Shown here: positions 1-11,721 of the stretch, in pieces
How the letters are laid out: each line of letters starts with the position of its first letter
How positions within the stretch are numbered: position 1 is the first letter of the stretch
DNA from: Paraspadella gotoi
Lineage: Eukaryota > Animalia > Chaetognatha
Assembly (NCBI GenBank): GCA_051294375.1
Contig: CM119264.1
Coordinates: forward strand, 25,534,254-25,598,253
Direction: 5' to 3'
DNA length: 64,000 nucleotides
Notes under the pieces: generated by a model
What the model was told of the DNA's origin: nothing
Seen by the model: the letters and a program-made list of their open reading frames with translations, nothing else
Databases searched by the model: none
Translations under genes and position numbers: made by a program

Positions 1-910
1 TTTTCCCGAACCGATAACGGATGTCCTATCGATTCCTTGTCTCTGCTTAGAGAAAAAGGTTTTCCCTTGAAACCAGAAAAAAAACGATTCTGCCTTCAAC
101 AAGAGGAACAAGAATAAACGCTGAACACCGTGCGCTAATCAATTCTGAATTAATAAAAGTTGAAGGTCATAACGAAATTTATATTAGCCGAAAAAAATTA
201 GGCGTCAGTTTTACGATTTTTTTTTCCTCGATCGAAGTTAATTAGATAAAGCTGGATGACGTCAGGAAACGCCGACGTTGAAACATGACCTTGGACAAGA
301 CACCCACGTTGTATAATTTCGCCCACCCTTCGTCAACTCATCAACTTAGTAGCAAATTGTGGAGACATACATGTGACATGATGACAAGGGGGAAAATTTT
401 ATTCAGCATTGTTGTTCAATCGCGTTTTTAGTATCCGGAGGACAGACGCCTTACAAAGGTCATCTTAGTCGCCCCGATTCTCTTTCTCTCTCTCTCTCTC
501 TTATTCTGGTTATCGTTCCTTGAATTCACCTGTTGTTGACCCCTTATCATTTTCGTTCAATGTGACCTTTCTCCCACTTTTCGTTTGTCAAGTTTGGAGG
601 TGGGAAGGTTTCTGTGCGATGAGCCGATGACATCGCAATTTTTTCTCCTTTAAACTGAAAATATATATCGGCGACTGAAAGATTAGATTTTCTCTTCATG
701 TTTTTTTTTTTCTTGAGCCACTGAATTCTGTCACGCGAATTTCTTTTTTTTTCTATTTTCTTTCTATGTTCTTTTGTCATCTGACTTCATGTCTGCCCTG
801 TCGTTCGCATCTAAAAGCGACCTCCGGCGAGGAAAAACTGTTATCGTTTTCTTTCTTTTCTTTATCCAACTTGCGTGAGAGGTGGAAAGGTCTCTCTCTC
901 CTGTTTCTGT

Positions 911-978
<68 letters not shown>

Positions 979-992
979 CACTCTCTCTCTCC

Positions 993-1040
<48 letters not shown>

Positions 1041-1963
1041 CAAAGAAAAAAAAGTTAAGGCGGTTAATTCGCTCCAAAGTTAATGATGGGGAAGCGACGT
1101 TAGAACTGGAGTCGACGACATTTCTCTCATCGAGAGGAAAGAAAGTGGAACTGGAAGAAGGGGGGGAGAGAAGGCGGAGATGGAGTTAAGGGCGGAGAAT
1201 CGCAGAGCAGTGGAGTTTGAGAACAAAAAGAGTGTTGAAGAACCGAAAGAGAATAACAGGGATCTGAAGTTAAAGTAAAACGAAGAGCTTATCATTTCAA
1301 AGCCTTAAGGAGCGTAAGGAGAGGGATAAGCTGGTGATAAGAAGCAGAAAACCTGGTATTTGGATGGAAAAAAGTACAACTTGTCATAAAAAGAAACGGA
1401 TCTAGACATGCCATCGAAAGATTTATTCTATTTTAAAGAATAGTTAGTTTTCTGAAACTTATCATAATCTTCAAAAAACAGTCATATAACCGTACTACCT
1501 ATTAAACATATTTTAAATATATAAAAACAAAGACAACGTGAACTACGACGTTCCTGCACCTCCACCAAAAAAAAAGAAAAAAAAAGGAAATTCTGTGAAA
1601 TCACGGCATTCACGTTTGCGACCAGAAATGAGTCGGAAAAAGTTTTCCTCCACCGAATTTCTCAATTGAGCGAAAGCATCGCAGTTTCCCAGCCAAAACT
1701 CCACCTGTACCCCTTGGCTGCTGCTCCGATTCCGTAAGCCGCTTCTGCTGTCTCGTTCGCTGCTCTCCCAGTTTCATTAGCTGCTCCCTCAGTCTTATTA
1801 TCAGCTCCACCAGTCTCATTCGCTTCTCTCTCGGAACCTTGGAGCCGCTCACCCTGTCTCATGAGCGGCGTGAGTCTCTCCCCCAGTCTCACTCTCATTG
1901 GCAGAAAAAATTGTCAACTATTCAACATTTTCATTTATTCAATCATTACATCATTCGTTACAG

Positions 1964-2491
1964 GTGCATCCCTGATTCATTCGGAGCCACAACAACAACA
2001 ACTTCTGGAAATGCCGAAGTTGTTCCCAACAGCCTCGACGACGACGACGACGACGACGTCGACAACATCATCAACGACGACGACGAAGAAGGTCTCTCAG
2101 CCTCCACCCTCCGACCGCCCACCGTCTCGTGGATCGTTCCCACCATCGTCATCGAGACCAACCCCACCACCGCTGCCACGACCACCCGTCCCGCAGCGGG
2201 CGCCCTACCCGCAGCGGCCGTCGACGAGCCGCGCCAGCCGCCGCAGAACCTGACCTTCCCCCACGCGCCGGCCCATCATCTGGTGGAGGACGTGGATTCC
2301 CTGCCCTCGCCCCACGTGGCCTCTCATCATCGCTCCTCCTCCTCTTCCTCTTCCTCCCCCGCCTCCCTCTTCCTCGTCCTCGCCATCCTCTTAGGCGTCG
2401 CCCTCTTCGTCCTCCTCGTCATGATCGTCGTCGTCGTCGTCCTCAAACGACGATTCGCCGAAGTCCCTTACGACGATCTCCCGGTGAGGGA

Positions 2492-2578
<87 letters not shown>

Positions 2579-5500
2579 GTGATTGATTGATGATGATGAT
2601 GATGTTGTTGTTGTTATTCAATTTTTTTTAAAAATTAAACTGAAAGGAAATCTCAATTCATCTCCAGCTCTCTGTCTCTCTCTCTCTCTCTTCTCTCTCT
2701 TCTTCTCTTCCTCTCCTCCTCTCTCATCCTCTCTCTCTCTCTCTCTCTCTCTCGCTCTCACATCTTACCCCATGCTCAAAACCGACTGACCACCCTAAAC
2801 CGACTTACCGACCACCTTAGGCCCAATGACCTACCACTCAAGACCGAGAGATCGCTCTGTTGAACTTTGAAATTTGAATGTCGCAATTGTATCATATTAT
2901 TGAATATTTTTTTCTTTTTTTACTCATGTGGTATCCAAGTCAGCTTATTTCGTATTTTGTAAAATTATAGTATTATATAAGTTTCAATATTTCAAAATCG
3001 TTAATTCTGAAAATAGATTTAGATTCCCTAAAAATTATGTCATTAAGTTGGAAAAATTGCAAATAACTATATTCTTAAACAGCAAAATACAAAACTGTGT
3101 ATTAAACTATTTATTGAAAGATTTTTTAAAATTGAATTATAGCCTCTTTTTTGTAACTCCCTTCCTCGCATAATAAAACTATGAAATTGGTACAACCAAT
3201 ATAAAAATTATCCATTCATTTAATAAATATATTATATTATAATATATTATAATATATACTATATTATACGACGTCAAACTCATCTAAGCTACAGCTTCAG
3301 TTATTTTTCTCTCTAAACTACTTTTCCTCAAATACCAATTTATCTGCGTTTTAGATCGCAAAAATGCGAGCTTCTTCCCTGCGGTCCTGTATTGGTTGGC
3401 CTTGACCAATCGACGACGAAAGTTTCGAGAAAATATTTTTACCTTCCCGCGTTTTTATAATTGCGTAATGGTTTTATTTTCATGCACGAATTCTATTTAG
3501 TTTTTATCTGGTTTTTATCTGATTTTTTCGTGCCTTTTTTGATTCAATATGTTAATTGACGCTAACCTTAGGATTCTTGGCCGGAATATAAATTCTAGTC
3601 AGCGCAAGATCGGACAAACTAAGCTTTCATTTCACTTTCGAATGCTTTATCATACTTTAATTACAATATCGACGTCGTTGTTTATGTCATACCTTTCTTC
3701 TTGAATGAAGATTTTGTGACTGAGGAAGTGACCGACGAAACGAACACGTAAGCTAAACTGGTCTTTTTTTTCGGATTAGCTTATCAACATATCCCGACTC
3801 TATAATCCACTTTGTCAGTCCGTCGGTCCGCCCTCTCAATCTTGTCGGGCATTCATTTAAAACATGTCAGAACATCAAATTATGATAAATTATTTAAAAA
3901 AATGTTTGTCCGTCCGTCTCTCTGTCCGTCCATCTGTCCGTCCCACCTTAGCAAGAAACTCCAATTATTGGAGATCAAATTAATTAATTATTTGATTAAT
4001 TAATTAACTTGAAATAATTAATAATTAATCAATTAATTAATTACCTCTAATGATCGTGGGCAGATCCGACATTGTTTACTCAAACTTGTTTTTCTCTCTC
4101 GCTCTCTCTCTCTACCGGTTTTCTCTCATTGACACACAATTAAGAGCTGATCCCTTTCAACTGTTCCTAATATTTGAATAGTACCATCATGGAACAAAAA
4201 CGGAGCCGTCGGATTATTAAATTTATTTGCATTTTGATCTTTACGCTAGCGTCTTTTTACTTTTACTCAACATCAATTGAAAATTCAATTTTGAGAAACA
4301 TTTTAAACGAAGATGCGACTGAGCCGGTCCCGTTATGTGGCTGTAAAAATTTGAAAAGTTTCAAAGAAACTCCGCCGGAAAATCGGTCGACCTGCGGACT
4401 CTCGGCCACCGAGCGTGGGCCAGGTCAAAACATCATATCATATTCTTTTTACGGACCAATGGAGAACTTTTATTTCAGTGGAATTAAAGACAACGTGAGG
4501 CATGTCAAGCAAATGTATCCTGGATATGTCATGCGTCTTTACATGAGTTGGAAAGAGGCGTCGATAAATGAAACTATTCTGTTGTGCGACCTTTTTTGTG
4601 AGGAGTCCATTTTGGACATTTGCGACGTCAATTCCATCAGTAAGTGTGGATAACCGAATTCTAGTGAACACGCTTTTTTTAATAAAACAATTTTTTTTTG
4701 TTAATAATACTTTTTTTTGTTTAGCCCAATATCCCCTGCTAAAACATAAATTCGGAATGGTTTGGCGATTCACACCAATGGCGGATCCACTGTGTTCACA
4801 GTTCCACAGTCGTGATTTAGATAATGATATTATTTCAAGAGAAGTGGCCGCTGTCAAAGAATGGAATGCAACTAACTATTCATTTCACGTAATGAGAGAC
4901 AACCCATCTCACACCACTGAGATTTTAGGCGGCATGTTTGGCATAAAGATGACTGTCAAAAACAGAAAAATAGTAAAAACCTCGTTTGAAAAGATGTTAG
5001 ATTATGTTGGAATTTGGAAATACAAAAGACTTGACCAGGTATGGTATGGTTTCTTTTATAATATTTTAAATATAAAGAGTAAATATTTAAATTTAAATTT
5101 GATCGGATAATCTTCTAAAGATCCTTTTATGTGACATGTCCAAATGAAAGCGAGAGAAAAGCAAAAAAGTTTCTTTACTTTCCCTAAATCTTCATTTTTT
5201 TTCTCGATGAAACCAGAACAACTCGGGCATGACAATTGATTTATTCACTTCCGAATTCTTGTTTTCAGAATGCTCTTTCAAACGTTCTCTGGCCCATCGC
5301 AAAAAACGACATGGTCGCTCACGACAGCTACACTTGTCACAAGTACAGAAACGAACTGAATCGACCCTGGCCAACTCAGCGAGTTCCTTATTCATTCCTT
5401 ATTCATTCAAACGAGACGAACATGGTTGGCTCTAAAGAGACGATTTCCTTGGATGTCCATGGAGAATGTCCTATAGAATGTCGACCGAAGGATCATCCTG

Positions 5501-6978
5501 AATGGATAATGTGTTAAGAAGCCGCAGAATGATCTGATCTTTCTAGATAGGAAATCAGGATAGAGGCTCACCCTACCGCCAGAACCTTTCTCTCCCCCGG
5601 GCCTTCTCTTCCCCCTCTCAAGACTCAACGCCTCGTTCTCCCCTTCTCTTCAGTCTCGGATCGGAGTCTTGGAGATCGACAACAACTTCTCCTCTCGGTC
5701 TCGGGTCTATAAACCTTCCCTCTCCCTTCTCCCCCTTTTATGTACCCTTGATACCCTTTGTTATACCCGTTTTCCTATCTCCATTACATACTTACCCTAC
5801 TTACCTCTTTTCCTGATGAGAGACTAATCAGAACCTACCTTTAGCCAGATACCCAATTTACCCATCTTCCCAGGAAATATTTATTGAAGGTAAATTTAGC
5901 CTTGCACTTTACAAACAAGCGTTATTTAATAAATTTCCCTTAAAAAATACTAAATACATCCGACCGATTGTTTTATTGACTTTATCCTGTTGTTTATTAT
6001 GATTTTAGTTGATTTTTATTGTCACGATATTTTTTATTCTTCTTCTTGATTTAGTACTTTTATAGTTTTTAATCAGATAAAAAATGATGATAATTTATAA
6101 CATTTTATATAAATTTTATTACTTTTTTACGCATTTTTACACATCAGAAATAAAGTTATGTGAACTTGATGTTTCATTGTTTGGATGCTGTTTCTATTTC
6201 TATTAATATTAATTTACACATCTTCACAAATTATTATAAAAATTAATGATTGAATGAATGAATGATTGATTGATTGAATGAATGAATGATGATTGAATGA
6301 ATAAATGATTAAATAAATAAATGAATGAATGAATGAATGAATGAAATAATAACCAAACCTCTCATTCAGGTCAAAACGAACGAGACGACTTCCTTCGTCC
6401 CTCACTCTGTCTACGTCTTCGAGAAAAAATCGCTAGAGGCGCTGGCGGCTGAGAACAGCGTCGCGGCGCTCAAGGGAGCGTTGGCGGGAGGCAAGATGGC
6501 GCTCGGGGGCGGCGCCACTAGGAGCGAGTCGCGCAAGGAGCTCGTGCTAGACATGGTAGTGGAAACGGAGAAAAACTCGGAGAGCGGCCTCGGCGTCGGT
6601 GGAAACGAAAACGACGCCGATAAATCTGGCGTCGTCGTTGCCACGTCTTCAAGCATCGGCATCGACGCCGACGTATCTGCCGGAAACCCGCGCTACGAGC
6701 GCCAACCCTCGGCGCTGACGACGGCTTCCGGCGTCATGAACGCCTCCATGACCTCGTCGATGATGGCGCGAAACGACGCCGAACACATTTACGAGGCGCT
6801 CGAACTCGATCACTACGAAAACTGCGCCGCCGCTAAACTGAGAACGCGCGCCGACGCCGAAGTTGGCGAAGTCGGCGGCGACGGCGGCGAGGGCGGCGCC
6901 GTTGCGGACGAGCGGCCGCCGCTGCCTCCCCTGCCGGATACGCTGCCGAGACGAAAACCCAACGCCGATTCCTTGTGA
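1964..6978 (+). CDS. 3' part of a single-pass type I membrane protein (exons 1964-2483 and 6370-6978); upstream exons not resolved
   Basis: Acceptor ttacag|1964 opens a frame with a Thr/Pro/Asp-rich stalk, an NLT sequon, the TM segment LFLVLAILLGVALFVLLVMIVVVVVL and stop-transfer KRR. Phase-0 donor CCG|gtgagg at 2483/2484 matches phase-0 acceptor attcag|GTC at 6370. The tail has YDDL, HIYEAL, HYENC and RPPLPPLP and ends in ADSL*. Joining the two exons is inferred from phase, composition and topology. Confidence 0.68.
3391..4181 (+). promoter_or_regulatory. Candidate promoter and 5'UTR intron of the nested glycosyltransferase-like gene
   Basis: ATTGG at 3391 and CCAAT at about 3406, a donor-like cac|gtaagc at 3748, and an acceptor-like aatag| at 4180-4181 just before ATG 4189. 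AATAAA lies at 5928-5933 downstream of the stop. Confidence 0.35.
3764..4093 (+). mobile_element. DINE-1/HINE-like non-autonomous element, family A copy 1
   Basis: T-run ends, 5' TCGGATTAGC, internal GTCC/GTCT microsatellite and 3' GCAGATCCGAC. Homologous, in inverted orientation, to 33791-34150. Confidence 0.6.
4189..5517 (+). CDS. Type II membrane, putative GT-A-like glycosyltransferase of an uncharacterised family; exons 4189-4639, 4725-5038, 5269-5517 (337 aa)
   Basis: Canonical splice sites with matching phases (A|gtaagt..ttag|CC; CAG|gtatgg..ttcag|AAT) give one continuous frame. N-terminal basic residues and TM (IIKFICILIFTLASFYFY) precede a Cys stem. Motifs: IISYSFYG, YPGYVMRLY, GMVWRF, SRDLD (DxD), REVAAVKEW, FHVMRD-H-ILGGMFG, DQ-L-LWP, AHDSYTC, CPIECRPKDHPEW-C. 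The gene structure is seen in the sequence; the enzyme function is inferred. Confidence 0.88.
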
Positions 6979-8581
6979 GATAAGATCATTCCGATCGAGG
7001 GATTTATAGGACGGTGATTGGTCGATCGCGAGTTGATGGTTCTCTTTTGATTGGTTCAATACAAAGATGGAAAATTTACAAATGTAAATTAATTTTTTTT
7101 TTTTTTTTTTTGAAAACAATTAAAATCTTTGTTATGTATGAACAGCACTTCTTTGCTAACTTGAGATTTCGTTCGTTTTATATTTTCTTTTAAGTTTCGA
7201 GGTTTATTTTCTTTACGCAAACTAACAAAAAATATATTTAATTTACAGCTGCCCTCACCATAATATATTTTGGAAATATCTAGAGTATAAATAATAAAAA
7301 AAATAAAAACTTTTCTCGAATAATTTCAAAGACAATTCAAAAAGGAAATTTTTTAAATTTTTACCCGAAACAATTAGTTTATAACTTATATAAACTAAAA
7401 ATAAAAACAAATCATTTAGCTCTTTAAACTGAGCTTAAAATCGACTCGGCATTATATATGGAAATCAGTGCTATATTCCTTTGACACCTCATCACAGCAT
7501 TTGTTAAACAAAAAGGTCGTTGAAACATGAATAAGTTTCTTTAAACTAACATATTTTTTCGCGAATTTTTATTTTTGCCCCCCCCTCAACCTCTACCTGG
7601 CGAAAAAATAACCGAGTAGCTTTATTTTAGCAGATTTTTTTTTCAATTTTACGCCCGTATCTTGCGTTACAACAAACCGTCGCTATTAATATTGCATATC
7701 AATCAATTGTGTGGTCGAAGTAAATCCGTTGATTAATAAAAATTAATTGTTCAACTCATTTGACACTAAGACATTTGAATTATGATTATGTTTGTCTTAA
7801 TTTTTTAAACTTTTTTGACGTGCATGTTTGTCTCCTTGTTTAGTCATTTCTCTTACCTCAGTTTCGCTCCCCACCCGCCCCCCTTTCCCGCCCCCCCTTT
7901 CCCCCCACGAAATTAAAACTTAATAAAAGATTCGCTCCAACTGAGGGCTTTCATTAAAGATCACAAATTACCTTTATTTTTATTATACCGAGATATTATT
8001 AATTGAACAAATGTAAATGACAATGAACATTTTTTTTTCACTTTCTGTAAATATAAATAAATTGTTACGAATCGTTTACGTTGCCAAATAAATTTTTTTC
8101 TCGTGAAATCGCGTTATTATTTTGCACTTAATGAAAGCTCGTCGTCATTATCGTCGTTGTTATCGTCGTCGTCGTTATCTGAGATCCACCCCACGACGAT
8201 TTCGTATTATTCACCTCTCAACTCATTAATTTCGCCTCACAAGAGATCATTCTCCCTTTTTCGTTCCACACGATTTTTCACTCGACGCGTCTTTTTAAGG
8301 AACGCGGCCCATTAGCGACTCACGCAACGCCATCTATATTCGCGGGGTGACTCTTAACCCATCTCACCTTTTGTCCGTCGTGTGATAATGATTTCGTGGT
8401 CAACTTCTTCCCATTTTAAAATTAGACTTTGTTGTCTTTCTCTCGTTTTCACTCAAATTCTTTCCTAAGTCTATTGCTTTTACACATCTTTCTTCTTTAT
8501 CCCTTCTAATCCTCTATCCACGCCCTAACTTCTGCCGCCTGCTTTCCAAATTTCCTCTCTCTCTCTCTCTTCTCTCTCTCT

Positions 8582-8654
<73 letters not shown>

Positions 8655-9353
8655 CACCTTCGACCAGTAATGAGGTCTTCTCCGTCGTGAAGTGTCTTTC
8701 TTCGCCTCGCGTTGTTGTTTGGCGGTTGCCTTAGAAACGGCGTTCACCGGATTAGGGCTTTCCTTTACGTGTTATCTTGATGTTTGTTGTTCTGCAATTT
8801 TAGCCAACGGCTACCATAGTGACGCCTTTGGTAAATTCAATTGGGAAAAAAACTCTCGAAACTATTTAAAGGAGCTTTTGCCGTTACGGATGAACGATTT
8901 GAAGAACCCGAAAACGATTACAGTAAAAATATTCGAAGAAATTGCAAATCAAAGGGAAAGCCATTTTTAAAAATAAAACAACAGTTGGCACGACTTTATA
9001 TTGCGACAAAGAAAAAGAAAAACTAAAGAAAACGAGCGAATAACAAAATGCAGTCGTTAACAAATTGGCATTGAGAAAATCCTTCCGTTTAAAGGAAGCA
9101 AATTTTCAAAGAAGTAAAAAAAAAAAAGATTTAAGAAAAATTAAAGGCAATTAGCAATATTTAATTTTCAAAGGATGATTCGGAATTGAAAGATCATTTA
9201 ATGTTTGTTTCTAAGTCGCGCTGATCCTTCTTTTTCAAAAATAACAGAATGTCAAACATCGGTCCATCGTTCAGATTTACTCTCGTTCATCGGTCCATTG
9301 TTCATTGTTCATTTGCCGTTCATCAGTTCATCAGTTATATAGCTCATTCTCGT

Positions 9354-9429
9354 TCACGCTTTGGATAATCCGACCGCGAAAAAAAGATGAAGAACAATTC
9401 TTCCGAGGTACGGGACGAAAACCGGGCCT
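9354..9429 (-). CDS. MAP3K19: MAP3K19-like terminal exon, subdomain XI (indels)
   Basis: gttag|A GGC CCG..CGT CCC..TCG GAA GAA TTG..CTT CAT CTT TTT TTC..TGA resembles the DP-RPS-ELL-HPF C-terminus of kinases. Confidence 0.6.
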
Positions 9430-9514
9430 CTAACAATTACAGAACAAAATGAACTCGAATAAATGAATAAATGAACGATTAATGAATGAATGGACAACGA
9501 TCGTCCCCTCTCAC

Positions 9515-9702
9515 CTCGTCATGCCACTGACGACGACATCGGACGGCGCTCTTTAGTAGAACCGCGCCCGCCTCGAGTCGTGGACGGCGTCAGCCGTTAA
9601 GGCGGCGGAGGCGCGTAAGCGCCGCCAATTGGCGGACTGAAGATGCACCACTGGAGGCGCGACGACGCCCATCTCGAAGATGGCTCCGCGCCACCAGGGA
9701 CA
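9515..9702 (-). CDS. MAP3K19: MAP3K19-like kinase exon, subdomains IX-XI (multiple indels)
   Basis: Fragments SL.., AIFEM and a terminal MT(R)|gtgag lie at the position expected after SDIW. Confidence 0.65.
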
Positions 9703-9859
9703 CTTGAAGTGCATTTGAAACTTTGTCTTTCTTTAGCTTATTTTTCTTTCTTCTTTCTTTCTTTTCTTTCTTATCTTTCTCTTCTTTCTTTCTTTCTTCT
9801 TCTTTCTTTCCTTTCTTCTTTTTCTCTTTCTTTCTTTCTTTTTTTCCTCCATGACCCAC

Positions 9860-10081
9860 CAAATGTCCGACTTCTTCCGGTGACCAAATCTGGGCCCATC
9901 ACGACGTCGCGCGCCAATCCAGTAGGTTGACCCTTTGATGGACAACGAAGCGGCGTCCTATCCGGCGCCAGCGGCGTGCGCTTCCGAGAATCCGCAAAGA
10001 CGCGTGGCCGCGGAACCCAAAAGGTTATGAGTTGAACGACGCGTCGATTTGGTCCACATCACGTTGCTGCCTTGATGTCTT
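9860..10081 (-). CDS. MAP3K19: MAP3K19-like kinase exon, subdomains VIb-IX (multiple indels)
   Basis: After tctcag| the fragments DIK, SNVM, VVQLI, a garbled DFG, SIKGSTYW, DVVM and KKSDIW are recognisable, ending at donor TG|gtgggt. Confidence 0.8.
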
Positions 10082-10831
10082 CTGAGAAAAAAAAAGAGGA
10101 AAAATGAATATATTCAGGGGAAATCGGACTTTTATGGGAGAAGGACGTGAGGGAAAAAAGAAAGGGGAAGTAAAAATAATGAAGAGAGCTAAAAAAAACC
10201 TTGTTTCCAAAAACTGTAAACATAGAATAAAAGAAAGAAAATAAAACAAATAATGAAAGAAGAAAGAAAGAAAGAAAAACGAAAGAAAGAAAGAACAGAA
10301 AAGAAAGAGAAAGAAAGAAAGAAAGAAAAGAAAAGAAAGAAAGAAGATAGAAAGAAACTAACCCCACCCCAAAAAAAAGAAAATAAAAAGAAAAAGGGCA
10401 AGAGAGCGAGATGAGAGAGAGAGTAGTGTCAGATTGGAAGAAAGAGATATCGTTCCCTCTGCTCTTGAATTACTTTAATTGAAATTTTTTTCCTCGCGTC
10501 GGTCGCCGTTTCGAGTCTGCGTCCCTCCAATTCTTTTTCCCTACGACAGAAATTTGGAGATAATGTGCGGGACGGGAGATTCGACAATTGCGGAAGATTT
10601 TGGCATTTGTCTTATGACATGAATTGAAAAAAAGGAGTGAATGAATGGACAGTGAGTGACATGAAGTGCATGATGAATGAATGAAATGAATTTAATGATT
10701 AATGAATTGAATGAATAATGAATGAATGATATGACATGAATGAACTGAGTGAATGAATGAATAAAGTGAATGAATGAATGAATGAATGAATGAATGAAAC
10801 GAATGAAAGTGAGAATGCATAACTGCCTCAC

Positions 10832-10924
10832 CTGTGAATGACATCGTTTCGGTGAAGGAAGGCGACGCCCTCGACGATTTGTCGCGCGTAGCGGCGAAAC
10901 ACGGATTCCGGAAACGCGCCGAAT
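10832..10924 (-). CDS. MAP3K19: MAP3K19-like kinase exon, subdomain VIa
   Basis: tccag|A TTC GGC... translates to FGAFPESVFRRYARQIVEGVAFLHRNDVIH(R), followed by donor gtgag; frame intact. Confidence 0.92.
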
Positions 10925-11029
10925 CTGGATTGGAATTTCAACGATTCTCGTTTATTTTGAAACGTTATATTTAACATTCTTTTTTTTTTGTCAGTTCATA
11001 AGGAAATGTTTTTGTTTTTCGGTCTTGAC

Positions 11030-11116
11030 CTGGACAATAGTCCTGCGACGGAACCACCAGGAACGAATTGCATGAAAATCTGAACGACGTCGTTGGCGAA
11101 ACAAGTCCCGTAGTAA
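11030..11116 (-). CDS. MAP3K19: MAP3K19-like kinase exon, subdomains IV-V
   Basis: cgcag|T TAC TAC GGG... translates to YYGTCFANDVVQIFMQFVPGGSVAGLLS(R), followed by donor gtcaag; frame intact. Confidence 0.9.
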
Positions 11117-11368
11117 CTGCGAAGGCAACGGGGCGTTAATGTTTATTTATATTTTTGATATACTTGCGATGCCAAAGCTGAGGAATAATATTCTATTTTT
11201 TTCTAATTTAGTATTTTGAATTCTAAGAGATAAAAACTAACTTTGTCATTCAAGAACTTCGTTTTAACACATGTATGGAAAATCCTTCCTTTTTCTCCCG
11301 CTAGTGGCTTCGCTTGTTTTTCGTGCCACTCGCAAAGCAAGAAAACCATTTCCAACTACTAAAAAAGG

Positions 11369-11399
<31 letters not shown>

Positions 11400-11588
11400 A
11401 AAATCCTAAGCCCACGGGAAATTTCTCGCCGGCAAAACACCCTCTGCTCCAAATTTTGGGAATCCCCTCGCAAACTCTTCCTCGTTGGGTCCTCAGCCCC
11501 AGCCCTCATCACAGCCTTGAACGCCGTCCCTCCATCCACCAAACCAACACCATCATCACAACCCCTTATGAAAAAAAAAAAAGCTCAC

Positions 11589-11721
11589 GCGACGATGTTT
11601 GGATTGTTGAAGAGACTCGAGCAGACGGAATTTCTCACGCGGACTTTTTCGTATTCCCTGTCGCTCGACTTTTTGTCCGCCCGACTTTTATGGGAATGTG
11701 TTTGACTGCGACGAGGGGCCT
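11589..11721 (-). CDS. MAP3K19: MAP3K19-like kinase exon, subdomains II-IV (contains indels)
   Basis: Reads PLVAVKHIP..DKKSSDREYEKVR..RLLESL..PNIVA across frame breaks. Donor GC|gtgagc is in phase with the next exon. The 5' boundary is approximate. Confidence 0.8.

Noticed and set aside
1861-2253. Overlapping Thr/Pro-rich alternative frame in the TM exon (dual coding)
   Set aside because: GC-rich trinucleotide repeats keep several frames open, and only the 1839 frame reaches the TM segment and donor. An indel that switches frames cannot be excluded.
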